Source: Candidatus Binatia bacterium
GTDB taxonomy: Bacteria; Desulfobacterota; Binatia; UBA9968
Direction: 5' to 3'
DNA length: 64,000 nucleotides
NCBI GenBank assembly: GCA_036506735.1
Contig: DASXRG010000136.1
Location: 17,654 to 81,653 of the forward strand
Part shown: positions 28,894 through 38,300 of the stretch, piece by piece
Layout: the number at the start of each line of letters is the position of its first letter
Numbering within the stretch: the first letter of the stretch is position 1
Translations under genes and position numbers: made by a program
The notes under the pieces: generated by a model
What the model saw: the letters and a program-made list of their open reading frames with translations, nothing else
The model's database searches: none
What the model was told of the DNA's origin: nothing

Positions 28894-29664
28894 CTACATG
28901 ACCACCGAAGGCCGCAGCTCGTCCCAGATGTGATTTCGCATCTCCATGTAACGCGGCGCGGCGCGCACCGCCGCCGGGTCACGCGGCCGGGAAAAATCCA
29001 CATTCAAAACCTCTTTGACCCGGCCGGGCCGGCTCGCCATCACCGCCACGCGGTCGCCGAGGACCAGCGCCTCGTCGATCGAGTGCGTGATGAAGACCAT
29101 GGTCTTGCGCTCGCGCTCGTGCAGACGAAGCAACTCTTCCTGCAGCACCTCGCGCGTCTGCGCGTCCACGGAAGCAAACGGCTCGTCCATCAACAAAATC
29201 TCCGGTTGCGTCGCAAGCGCGCGCGCCAGGCCGACTCGCTGCTGCATGCCGCCGCTGAGCTGGTAAGGATAGTGATCGTCGAATCCGGTAAGCCCGACGA
29301 GCCGGATGTAATGCTCGACCCGTTCGCTGAGTTCTTTGCGGGCAACGCCGGCGATCTTGAGGCCGAAGCCGACGTTGTCGACGACCGTCTTCCACGGCAG
29401 CAGGCCGAAATGTTGAAAGACGATCGCGACGCCCGCGCGCGGGCGATCGACCGATTCACCGTCGATCAAGACTTGTCCCGAGCTGGGCGCGAGCAGCCCG
29501 CCGATGCAGCGAAGCAAAGTCGTTTTGCCGCAGCCTGAGGGACCGACGATGCAAAGAACCTCGTTGCTTTTTACTTTGAGCTCGACGTTGCGAAAGGCGA
29601 CGACCGTCCCTTCGAGGAAAAGCTTGCTGGCGTGGTCCACCACGATCTTGGCGCCATCGGCCAT
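28894..29664 (-). CDS. NitT/TauT-family ABC ATP-binding protein
   Basis: GPSGCGKT, LSGGMQQR, LLMDEPF; probable ATG 29664. Confidence 0.95.
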   Translation of the reverse strand: MADGAKIVVDHASKLFLEGTVVAFRNVELKVKSNEVLCIVGPSGCGKTTLLRCIGGLLAPSSGQVLIDGESVDRPRAGVAIVFQHFGLLPWKTVVDNVGFGLKIAGVARKELSERVEHYIRLVGLTGFDDHYPYQLSGGMQQRVGLARALATQPEILLMDEPFASVDAQTREVLQEELLRLHERERKTMVFITHSIDEALVLGDRVAVMASRPGRVKEVLNVDFSRPRDPAAVRAAPRYMEMRNHIWDELRPSVVM

Positions 29665-29755
29665 GGGGAAAGAACCCGCCGTAACCCCTACCAAGGCGCT
29701 CCCGACGTGTCAACAAGGAAGGATGAGGCTCAGGCTGACGACTGAGTAAAAAGAT

Positions 29756-30910
29756 TTACCTCCCCCATAATTCTTTCGTGGCGATGCGCGCGCCTTCCGC
29801 CATCGCCTCGAACTTGGCCCAGGCGATTTTCGGATCGCCGACGCGCGGGCCGAGCCCGCAGTCCGTGCCGCCCATGACGTTCTCGCGCCCGACGATTTTG
29901 GCGTAGCGCACGAGGCGGTCGGCGATCAAGCGCGGATGCTCGACGATGTCCGTCGCGTGGCCGACGACGCCGGGAACGAGAACTTTTCCTTCCGGCAGCT
30001 TCACCTCTTCCCACACGCGCCACTCATGATCGTGGCGCGGATTCGACGCTTCGATGGAATAAGTGTTGGCGCGGACTTTCAAAATAATATCGACGATGTC
30101 TCTCAGCGGAATATCGTACTTGTGCGGACCGTGATAACTACCCCAGCAGGTATGGAAGCGGACGCGATCCGGCGGAATTTCTCTCAGCGCGTGATTCAGC
30201 GCGTCGACCCGAACTTCGGCGTACTTGCGATACTCGGCGACGCTCATGTCGGCATGGATTTGCCAGGCGTCGGGCAGGTCGGGGTTGTCGATCTGAAGCA
30301 GAAAGCCGGCGTCGACGATCGCCTTGTACTCCTCCCGCATCGCCTCGGCCAACGCAAAAAGATACTCTTCGTCCGTGCGGTAGTAATCGTTTTTGAGCCA
30401 GTGCTCCATCGTGCCCGGCGCGACCGCCGGCAAAAACGCCTCCTCGACTTTCGCTCCCTGGAGCGCGGCTTTGAAAGTTTCGATGTCCGCTTTGACCGCG
30501 GCGTGGCCGATGTACTTGAGGGGGCCGTTGCAGAAAACCCGCCAGACGTTTTCGCCGCGCATCGTGGTGGTTCTTTTCTGAAAATATTCGGGAAAATCTT
30601 TATAGTCGCGGCCGTAGATCGTCGAAGGGCGCTCTTCCGGTTTGGCCTGCCGCTCGACAAAACCGCTCAGCCGCTCCCGCGCGTAGCGGGAAAAATTCGG
30701 CTTGCCCAACTCGCCGTCGTTGATGACGTCGAGGCCGCAATCGACCTGCTTCTTGACCGCCTCCGCGACCGCGCTCTCCACGCGCCGCGCCAGCGCGGCG
30801 CGGTCGTACGGCTGACCGTTGTTCCGGGCGAGAAGCATCGCTTTTAAATCCTCCGGCAGCGGCAGGCTGCCCGCATGGGTGGTGAGAATCCGCTCGGTGC
30901 TGTGTTTCAT
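29756..30910 (-). CDS. Cobalamin-independent methionine synthase II-like / epoxyalkane:CoM transferase-like Zn enzyme
   Basis: TTHAGSLP, INDGE, HTCWG and GTDCGL Zn-ligand motifs; single barrel. Confidence 0.9.
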   Translation of the reverse strand: MKHSTERILTTHAGSLPLPEDLKAMLLARNNGQPYDRAALARRVESAVAEAVKKQVDCGLDVINDGELGKPNFSRYARERLSGFVERQAKPEERPSTIYGRDYKDFPEYFQKRTTTMRGENVWRVFCNGPLKYIGHAAVKADIETFKAALQGAKVEEAFLPAVAPGTMEHWLKNDYYRTDEEYLFALAEAMREEYKAIVDAGFLLQIDNPDLPDAWQIHADMSVAEYRKYAEVRVDALNHALREIPPDRVRFHTCWGSYHGPHKYDIPLRDIVDIILKVRANTYSIEASNPRHDHEWRVWEEVKLPEGKVLVPGVVGHATDIVEHPRLIADRLVRYAKIVGRENVMGGTDCGLGPRVGDPKIAWAKFEAMAEGARIATKELWGR

Positions 30911-30980
30911 GTCATCTCCCTTTCCAAATGAACTTTATGCGAATACAAACGCAAGCGTCAACCCCGCCCTTTTGTGATCC

Positions 30981-31009
30981 TTGACAGCAACCGAACGGCT
31001 CTCTAGAAT
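30981..31009 (+). promoter_or_regulatory. Sigma-70-type promoter for the VOC gene
   Basis: TTGACA-N17-TAGAAT, upstream of an AAGGAG RBS. Confidence 0.7.
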
Positions 31010-31034
31010 CCATCGCATCTAAGGAGAACCAATT

Positions 31035-31415
31035 ATGGGTAAAATTCGTCACATCGCCTACCGCGCGGCCGACGTTGAAAAGATGGCCAACTTCTTCGTC
31101 GATGCCCTGGGAATGGAAATCACGCAGCGGCGGAAGAACCGCGCCATCGATCTCTCCGACGGCTCGATTAACATCACGGTTTTGCCGCTGCGCGGCGCCG
31201 GGCCGAACGGCGAGCCGGAGAATCAAGGCATCGATCACATCGGCTTCTCGGTGGAAAACGACGACGCGGCGGGGCAAAAGCTGGAAAGCGCGGGCGCGAA
31301 AAAGATCGCCACGATCGAGCTCGGCAGCGCGGCGCACTACGAAGCGAAGTACAAAGGTCCCGAAGGGATCGTGGTTGATATCGGCAAGTGGATCGGCACG
31401 GAACCGGTAAAATAG
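31035..31415 (+). CDS. VOC/glyoxalase family protein
   Basis: IRHIAY, GIDHIGFSV, GPEGIVVDI. Confidence 0.9.
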   Translation: MGKIRHIAYRAADVEKMANFFVDALGMEITQRRKNRAIDLSDGSINITVLPLRGAGPNGEPENQGIDHIGFSVENDDAAGQKLESAGAKKIATIELGSAAHYEAKYKGPEGIVVDIGKWIGTEPVK

Positions 31416-31436
31416 GCCGGATTGTGGAGCTCGCCT

Positions 31437-32159
31437 CTAGGGTTTCATCTTCGAGTAGGAATTGATCGTCGCGTGCAGGTTCTTGGCGAAGTCGTTTGCC
31501 GCCTGCGTGTCCATCCCATAAGCGAATCTCGCATATTCTTTCACGGCCAGCACCGCGGGCAGCGGATATTTGGTCAGCTGATTGACGAGCTCGCTCACCG
31601 CGGACTCCAGCTTATCAGCCGAAACAACGCCGCTCGCCAAACCGAAACCGACGGCTTGGCGCGCGTCGACTTCCTCGGTCGAATAGACCAAATACATGAG
31701 CGCTTTGCGCGGCACGCGGTCGATTAGCGCCGACATCGCGATCGTCGGCATGATGTTGTGTCCCATCTCCGGCACTTGAAAGCGCGCCTTCTCGCTCGCC
31801 AGCGTGATGTCGCACAGCGCCGCCAGCGCGCAGCCGAACCCGGCGGCTCTTCCCTGCACGGCGCCGACGATTGGGACTTTCGCCCGGCGGAATGCGTCGT
31901 AGCAATTGAAGATGGTCTCGCTTCGGCCGCGGAAATCGTAAGCTTCGATGGCAGCCCCGCGCTGGCCCATCGCCTCGCGACCCAGACAAAATTCTTCGCC
32001 CGCGGCTTTGAGGACAATCAGCCGCGACTCCTTCGCGGCATTGTCGATCATGTCCGCCAATTGGCCGATCGTCGCATCGCTCACGCGATTGCCGATCTCC
32101 GGTCGGTTCAGCGTGATCACGCTTACATCGCCGTTTCGCTCGTAAAGTAATTCCGCCAT
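31437..32159 (-). CDS. Enoyl-CoA hydratase/isomerase family protein
   Basis: ITLNRPEIGN, PIVGAVQGRAAGFG, FQVPEM. Confidence 0.9.
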   Translation of the reverse strand: MAELLYERNGDVSVITLNRPEIGNRVSDATIGQLADMIDNAAKESRLIVLKAAGEEFCLGREAMGQRGAAIEAYDFRGRSETIFNCYDAFRRAKVPIVGAVQGRAAGFGCALAALCDITLASEKARFQVPEMGHNIMPTIAMSALIDRVPRKALMYLVYSTEEVDARQAVGFGLASGVVSADKLESAVSELVNQLTKYPLPAVLAVKEYARFAYGMDTQAANDFAKNLHATINSYSKMKP

Positions 32160-32187
32160 AGGACCTCCGTTGATCTAAAAACTGTAC

Positions 32188-33297
32188 TTACAGCCGCTCC
32201 TCCAGCCAATCGAGCATGAACGGCAAGTTATGCGCCCAGTAGTCGTGACTGCAATGGATCGCGCCGCCGGTGTCCGGGTCGTCGTAGATCTTCAAACTTT
32301 TGTCGGCGCTGCCAAGCTCGGCGAACAGGCGCTTCGCGCCCTCGACCCTCATGAGGCGGTCTCCGCCGCCGTGCGCAATCAATGTGGGGCAGGTGATTTT
32401 TTTCGCCGCGCCTGCCAGTGTGAACAACTCCAGCCGCTCGCGCGCCTCGGCGTCCGTGACGCCGCCGAGGATGCGCTGCAAAGTCGGCTGCAGGTGCGGG
32501 CAAAAAAGATAAAGATCATCGAGCACGCTGTAGCAGCCGGACCAGCAGACGAGCGCCTTGATCCGCTGATCGAAGGCCGCGGCGCGCGGCGCGTAGTAGC
32601 CGGCCATGCTGATCCCGACGACGGCGATCCTGTTTGGCTCGACTTCGGAACGAGAGACAAGATAGTCGATGCAGGCCCGCGCCGGAATTTCATAATCGTG
32701 GCGCGTCGGAATATTTTTCACGTAGTGCGACGAGCCGCGGCCCGGCGTGTCCGCCAGCAGCACCGCCCAGCCGCGCGCCAGCATCGGCCGGGCGCCGAAG
32801 TAAATTTCCTCCGCGTAGGCGTCCGCGCCGCCGAGAAAGAGAATCGCCGGCCAGGGTCCGGGTTGGGGATCGACCGGATGACAGAAATAGCCGTCGTACT
32901 CTTCGTCGCCGCAGCGCACGCTGATCACTTCGATGGGCGGCGCGTGGAGTTCGGCCGCGGCGCGAAAATTTTCCCGGGCTTTTAGAAAACGTTGGGTTTT
33001 CTCTCTCATCTCGTCCGCGGTAAGCAGGACGTCCGACATGCGATAATATTGGTTGGCGTGAAAAAAATTCCTCATGGCGCTGTCCTGGTGACCTAGAGCC
33101 AGCGCCCGCTTTGCGGTCGCCTCCGTCCTCTCGGCCAGATCGAGCCAGCCGCGCTCCCACCCTTCCAGGTCGCCCGGCTCGAGGCGCTCGCAGAGCCGCG
33201 CGATGTCGAAAAGGTCTCCGCCGCCTTGCTGCGCCTCGGCGGCGAGCCTGAGCACGTGAAAGCCCCACGGATGATTCGGCTTCAGAAAATTCAGCAT
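32188..33297 (-). CDS. Alpha/beta hydrolase (FrsA/DHPON-hydrolase-like)
   Basis: GGADAYAEE, GISMAG nucleophile, GGAIHC. Confidence 0.85.
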   Translation of the reverse strand: MLNFLKPNHPWGFHVLRLAAEAQQGGGDLFDIARLCERLEPGDLEGWERGWLDLAERTEATAKRALALGHQDSAMRNFFHANQYYRMSDVLLTADEMREKTQRFLKARENFRAAAELHAPPIEVISVRCGDEEYDGYFCHPVDPQPGPWPAILFLGGADAYAEEIYFGARPMLARGWAVLLADTPGRGSSHYVKNIPTRHDYEIPARACIDYLVSRSEVEPNRIAVVGISMAGYYAPRAAAFDQRIKALVCWSGCYSVLDDLYLFCPHLQPTLQRILGGVTDAEARERLELFTLAGAAKKITCPTLIAHGGGDRLMRVEGAKRLFAELGSADKSLKIYDDPDTGGAIHCSHDYWAHNLPFMLDWLEERL

Positions 33298-33358
33298 GAA
33301 GTTGTTGCACCGTTGGCAGAAAGAACCTAGGCAAAATTTTGTTGGGCGTCAAGCCAAC

Positions 33359-33393
33359 AAAAAAAGGCCCGCCGCAGATTGCTGCGACGGGCC
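33359..33393 (-). terminator. Rho-independent terminator downstream of the carboxypeptidase gene
   Basis: Minus strand reads GGCCCGTCGCAG-CAAT-CTGCGGCGGGCC followed by a T-run. Confidence 0.85.
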
Positions 33394-33428
33394 CGCTCAG
33401 GTTCTTCAATCCTAATTCAGCCGCCCTG

Positions 33429-34616
33429 CTAGAACATGCGATCCCAGAGGCGCCAGATAATATTGGACTGCTGGATATCCTGATTGGAAATCAAGGTGAA
33501 TTTTCCGACGGGCTTGTCGCCCAGTGTGAGAGTTAGCTCGCCGAGCTTGTCGCCCTTCTTGAGCGGCGCCCACACCGGACTGCTCAGTTGAATATTGGAT
33601 TTGATCGCCTTCTCATCCGCTCGTTTGACCAGAATCTGCGCCGGGCTGCCGACCACCGCCTGAAGCGATTTGATCTGGCCCCCCTTGATCCTAATCGCTT
33701 GCGGCACAACCTCGCCGGGTTTCATGACCGTCAGGATCTTGTATTCGCTGAATCCCATCGTCAGCAGACGCGCCCCTTCACGGAAACGAATCTTGTTGGT
33801 GGGAGAACCCAGGGTCACAGAGATCAGCCGCATGCCGTCGCGCTCCGCGGTCGCCGCGAGATTGAACCCGGCTTCATGATAGGAGCCGGTCTTGAGTCCG
33901 TCCGCTCCGGGAAATTTTCCGATCAGATGATTGGTGTTTTCCAGGACGAACTTTCCGTCGCGGAAACCCTCCTTGACGATCGAGGTCCATTTGAGAATCT
34001 CCGGATACTTGACCAGCTCGCGCGCCAGCAGCGCCGTATCGTAGGCGCTGGTGACGTCTGGCTGCTGGCTTCTTTCCGGCGGGAGACCGTGCGCGTTGAA
34101 GTACTTTGTATCCTTGAGCCCCAGCTCCTGCGCGCGCTGGTTCATCATCACGACAAAGGCGTCGGCGTCGCCCGCGAGTTTTTCCGCCACGGCTTCGGAA
34201 GCGTCGTTGGCCGAGTGGACGGCGATCGCCTTCATCATGTCTTCGAGGGGAAAACTTTCTCCCTGCTTGAGATAGACCTGCGAGCCGCCCATCTTGCTGG
34301 CGCGCGCCGAGACCAGAACGGGATCGGTCAGCTTGATCGCTCCCTGCTTGACTTTTTCGATCACGATGAGCATGAGCATCATCTTCGTGAGCGAAGCCGG
34401 CGGCCAGGGTTTGTGGATTTCCTGCTCAAAAAGGATTTGCCCGGTTTTTGGCTCCATCAGGATCGCCGCGACGTACGGCGTCTGATTGTCCTCGACGACC
34501 TTCTGCGCGCCACGGCCCAGCCGTTGCGCGTTGGTCTCGCCGAGGAACAGCGCGTGGAGAAAAAACAGCGCGGCCAAAAAACTCACGGTCAAATGTCTTG
34601 CTTTACGTACCGTCAT
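33429..34616 (-). CDS. dacA: D-alanyl-D-alanine carboxypeptidase (peptidase S11, PBP5/6-like)
   Basis: SLTK, SAN and KTG motifs; signal peptide; PBP5 C-terminal domain. Confidence 0.92.
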   Translation of the reverse strand: MTVRKARHLTVSFLAALFFLHALFLGETNAQRLGRGAQKVVEDNQTPYVAAILMEPKTGQILFEQEIHKPWPPASLTKMMLMLIVIEKVKQGAIKLTDPVLVSARASKMGGSQVYLKQGESFPLEDMMKAIAVHSANDASEAVAEKLAGDADAFVVMMNQRAQELGLKDTKYFNAHGLPPERSQQPDVTSAYDTALLARELVKYPEILKWTSIVKEGFRDGKFVLENTNHLIGKFPGADGLKTGSYHEAGFNLAATAERDGMRLISVTLGSPTNKIRFREGARLLTMGFSEYKILTVMKPGEVVPQAIRIKGGQIKSLQAVVGSPAQILVKRADEKAIKSNIQLSSPVWAPLKKGDKLGELTLTLGDKPVGKFTLISNQDIQQSNIIWRLWDRMF

Positions 34617-34805
34617 TCTGGAAAGCCTCCTTACGGCTTAAAATTGCTGGGGCTGATTTTACACGTTTGCAAGGAACCTGACAAGTTTTCAGTCCCGGCA
34701 GCGCCGAAAGGGCAAGAAATGGCCGGAACCAGAGCTTTAAATCTCAGATTGCAGATGCCGGTAGCGTTTCTAGGCAGCAGGATTCGGCGGATTGACAGAA
34801 ACGCT

Positions 34806-35534
34806 CTAGGTTTCGTTCACGAGCTTGCCTTCTTGATACGCGACGCACTGGCCGCTCTGGCTCAACGGGAGCTCGGCCGCCAGAACGAACGCCTGGCCCA
34901 AGATCTCGGGACCGGGCATACGGTTAAGCGCCTCCTGCGGAGCGCCTTCGGTGGCGATGGGAACGCGCGGCGAAAAAATCACCACGCAGACATTCGACTC
35001 TCTCACTTCCTCCGCGACGTAGCGCGTGAAGGTGCGGATGGCTTCTTTGGTCACCATGTAAGCGCACGCGCCGGCGGGTTTGACGCCTCCGCCGCCGTAG
35101 AGATTGACGATGTGGCCCGACCTCTTCGATTCCATGTGCGGAAGAACCTGCTTGGTGCAAAAAAAGGTGCCGCCGAGATTCGTTTGGATGACGCGGTCCC
35201 AAAACGCTGCGTCCATGTCCCGGATGCGCGGCCACCGCGGAATTCCCCAGGCAAAATGCGGCACGATCGCGGCGTTATTGACCAGGACGTCGATTTGACC
35301 GAACCTGCTCATCGTCTGATCGACCATCTTCTTCACGTCTTCTTCGGTGCGCACATCGGCGTTAACCGCGAGACTGTCCGTAAGGCGAGCAAGCTCGCCC
35401 GAAGTTTTCTGCAGCCGTTCTTTGTCGAAGTCGGCGATCACAACCTTCGCCTTCTCTCGTGCGAAAGTTATGGCCGCGTGCCGGCCGATCCCTTTGCCGC
35501 CGCCGGTAACGATAACGACTTTTCCTTCGAGCAT
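34806..35534 (-). CDS. Short-chain dehydrogenase/reductase
   Basis: TGGGKGIG, NNAA, YMVTK; GGAGG RBS before ATG 35534. Confidence 0.93.
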   Translation of the reverse strand: MLEGKVVIVTGGGKGIGRHAAITFAREKAKVVIADFDKERLQKTSGELARLTDSLAVNADVRTEEDVKKMVDQTMSRFGQIDVLVNNAAIVPHFAWGIPRWPRIRDMDAAFWDRVIQTNLGGTFFCTKQVLPHMESKRSGHIVNLYGGGGVKPAGACAYMVTKEAIRTFTRYVAEEVRESNVCVVIFSPRVPIATEGAPQEALNRMPGPEILGQAFVLAAELPLSQSGQCVAYQEGKLVNET

Positions 35535-35627
35535 GAGCGCCCTCCTGGATCGAATTATTGTTACAACTGAACCAGCGCATATCGCAAACCGCTGGCTCAA
35601 TCAATCCGCTGTTGTTACTATCACAGC

Positions 35628-36065
35628 ATGGGCTGGCAGGAGAATCTCATCGAAGATGCCGCACAGATCCGAGAGCTGATCTCACGAACCAAAAGCGTCG
35701 CCGTCCTCGGCATCAAAACGGAAAAGCAGGGCTCCCAGCCCGCTTTCTACGTCCCCAGCTATCTCGCCGCCGCCGGCTTCGAGATCATTCCGGTGCCGGT
35801 CTATTACCCGAACGTTACGGATATTCTCGGTAAAAAAGTTTATCGCCGATTGATCGACGTGCCCGGCGAAATCGATCTGGTCGATGTCTTCCGCCGGGCG
35901 CACGATATCTCCGGACACGCGGAAGACATCCTGGCGAAAAAGCCGCAGGCGGTCTGGTTTCAATCCGGAATCCGCAACGACGAGGTGGCCGAGCAATTAG
36001 CGAAAGCCGGCATACAAGTGGTTCAAGACCGCTGCCTGATGGTCGAGCATCGCTCAATGCTATGA
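35628..36065 (+). CDS. CoA-binding protein (YccU-like)
   Basis: IDLVDVFRR, AVWFQSGI, VQDRCLMVEH. Confidence 0.92.
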   Translation: MGWQENLIEDAAQIRELISRTKSVAVLGIKTEKQGSQPAFYVPSYLAAAGFEIIPVPVYYPNVTDILGKKVYRRLIDVPGEIDLVDVFRRAHDISGHAEDILAKKPQAVWFQSGIRNDEVAEQLAKAGIQVVQDRCLMVEHRSML

Positions 36066-36105
36066 ACGTGTTGTAACGGAATGGACGGAGTGTAAAATTG
36101 AAAAT

Positions 36106-36726
36106 ATGAAAACCGAAACCGAGCTCGGCCTCACGCGCCGCGAATTTCTTACCGCTTCGGTGGCAGTGCCCGCCATCCTTTTATGTAACTCGGTTCACGG
36201 TTGGGAGATCGTTGCGGCGACGCGTGAGCTGGAAGCGACGCCGGCCTGCGGCGACAAAGACGACGTGACGCCGGCGCAAACGGAGGGGCCGTTCTTCAAG
36301 CCGCGCTCGCCGGAGCGCAAGTCGCTGCTCGAACCGGGCATCCAGGGAACCAAAATTATTCTTGAAGGCCGCGTTCGTTCGACGAAATGCAAACCCATCG
36401 AGAAAGCGCTCGTCGATTTCTGGCAGGCGGACGCGGGCGGAGAATATGACAACGCTGGCTACAGGCTGCGCGGCCACCAGTTTACCGATGGGAATGGATT
36501 GTATCGTTTGGAAACGATCGTGCCGGGGCTCTACCCCGGACGCACGCGCCACTTCCACGTCCGCGTGCAGGCGCCGAACCGCCCGATTCTTACCACGCAG
36601 CTTTATTTTCCCGGCGAGCCCGACAACAAACGAGACGGGATCTTCAATCCGAAACTGGTGATGGCTATCCGCGACGCGGCAGGCGCTAAGACCGGTAACT
36701 TCGATTTTGTTGTGGATCTTGGTTAA
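36106..36726 (+). CDS. Intradiol ring-cleavage dioxygenase-like protein with Tat signal
   Basis: TRREFL twin-arginine motif; TEGPF, WQADAGGEYD, PGLYPGRTRHFH, TTQLYFP. Confidence 0.88.
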   Translation: MKTETELGLTRREFLTASVAVPAILLCNSVHGWEIVAATRELEATPACGDKDDVTPAQTEGPFFKPRSPERKSLLEPGIQGTKIILEGRVRSTKCKPIEKALVDFWQADAGGEYDNAGYRLRGHQFTDGNGLYRLETIVPGLYPGRTRHFHVRVQAPNRPILTTQLYFPGEPDNKRDGIFNPKLVMAIRDAAGAKTGNFDFVVDLG

Positions 36727-36895
36727 GGAAACCAGACAAGAGTTTCGAGTTTTGAGTTTCGCATCAACTTGATCCTTCGACCTTTCGATTTCACTCAAGG
36801 CCGCAATCCGGTCCAATGGTGAACCCAGGACTTCGAGTCGTGAGTCTTAGTCGAACGATCAAAGGCCGGTCAAGACGCGACCGCATTCAGCCTGT

Positions 36896-37984
36896 TCACT
36901 TGCGACCCACCGCGTCAAGGAATTTTTCCTGTACAGCCTCACAGGCTACGCGGTAGAGGAGATCTCGGTCGGGCGATTGAGCGAGGAATCCCAGCGGAAT
37001 TTGAAAGCCGCCTTTTTCTCTAATATTTCCACCGCCGTAATATGTTTGCCTTTCCTCATCGAGCCCGAACGCCTTCTTTAGAAACGTATCGGGCTTGATG
37101 GTGTCACTGCGGGTACGCATCGAACCGTCGACCGTTGCGCCGTCCACGATCCCGAATACGAGCACCGTGTCGATACCCTCACGTTGCAAGAGAAACTCGG
37201 AGACTTGCGGGATGCCGTCCCTATGCTCGGCGCGGACAAAGCCGACATCGGTGAGGATGATATTGTCGAATACCTGTTTCTTTTCCAGAGCTTTCTGGAG
37301 CATGTCCATTATCGCCGGCTTGAGAAACTGCGTAGAGATCTTTTTGATCAACGATTGGTCAACACAGGGCCAAAGGTAGGCCGCTCCTTCAAACTCCAAC
37401 CGACTCGCCTCGAGCATCGCCATGGTGTCCGACCGGATGCCGTGCATAAGCGCCGTAGCCAAGCGTACGTGCTCGATGTCCCCCGGGTTGAGGCCTTTGG
37501 GGAATTGCGCGCGCAGGTACTCTGCGTAGATGGCGGATGTGGACGAAGCGTCCTTACGGATATCCACAAACTCGGCAGGGATGTCGCCGAGCCGCGCATG
37601 GTGATCAACCAGAGAGAGCAAACCTTTGTTAACAAGCTTGTCTGAAATCGGATTGTCAATCTTTTGGGTATCGACAAAAGCCACGGCGCTGTAGGGCTGC
37701 AGGTCGAACTTATCGTTGTAGAGCTGCAGATCAATTTCCAGCAGTTTCACCAGGGCGCAGTTCTGCTGGTGACTGACCTCATGAAAACAGAGCAGCATGG
37801 TATCGATGTCAAACTGCTTGGCTAGCAGCGTGTGTGCCAGGCCCGAGGCGATACTATCCGGATCCGGGTAACCCGTGAGGACTACCAGTATCCTCTCGCC
37901 CCGGTGGCGCCGCAGCACCTCGCAAAACTCTTCCCACTTTTTGCTGGCTGCCTTCTCTTCTTCGAGGTTGACTCGCTCAACCAC
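36896..37984 (-). CDS. DHH-family phosphoesterase (NrnA-like)
   Basis: PDPDSIAS, VDTQ, VDHH, GIRSDT, GSMRT. Confidence 0.88.
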   Translation of the reverse strand: MVERVNLEEEKAASKKWEEFCEVLRRHRGERILVVLTGYPDPDSIASGLAHTLLAKQFDIDTMLLCFHEVSHQQNCALVKLLEIDLQLYNDKFDLQPYSAVAFVDTQKIDNPISDKLVNKGLLSLVDHHARLGDIPAEFVDIRKDASSTSAIYAEYLRAQFPKGLNPGDIEHVRLATALMHGIRSDTMAMLEASRLEFEGAAYLWPCVDQSLIKKISTQFLKPAIMDMLQKALEKKQVFDNIILTDVGFVRAEHRDGIPQVSEFLLQREGIDTVLVFGIVDGATVDGSMRTRSDTIKPDTFLKKAFGLDEERQTYYGGGNIREKGGFQIPLGFLAQSPDRDLLYRVACEAVQEKFLDAVGRK

Positions 37985-38300
37985 ACGCAGGGGTCGGTCT
38001 CCCTGCGCGGTTGCTTCAGCTTTGTTGGCCGTAGAGCTTTCTCCTTATAAATAAACGCCCTAGGATTAAACCGCGTCCACCCTCAATAGACCCTACGAAT
38101 GTGCGACCCGCAGCGTAACGCGCGCGACGCAGAACAACAATCAGGTGAGTTCGGGAGCTTAAAGAAAAAAAATCCTGAAGCAGCCGTCGGGAAATCCCTG
38201 GGGAGTGTTAACCACCACGATCGGCGCGGGAGTAATTTTTAGTGAAAAGAGGCCAATCGAGATTCGAGACCCGACTTTAGAGCCGGCGAAGGCGCAATTT

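Noticed and set aside
28027-29538. 503-aa plus-strand ORF
   Set aside because: Antisense to the clear ABC permease and ATPase genes
34617-34805. Possible riboswitch or ncRNA in the SDR-carboxypeptidase intergenic region (GCCGAAAGGGC hairpin)
   Set aside because: I could not match the remaining conserved elements of any riboswitch family by eye; an Infernal/Rfam search would be needed
33588-35570. 660-aa plus-strand ORF
   Set aside because: Antisense shadow of the carboxypeptidase and SDR genes with no motifs; long shadow ORFs are expected in GC-rich DNA
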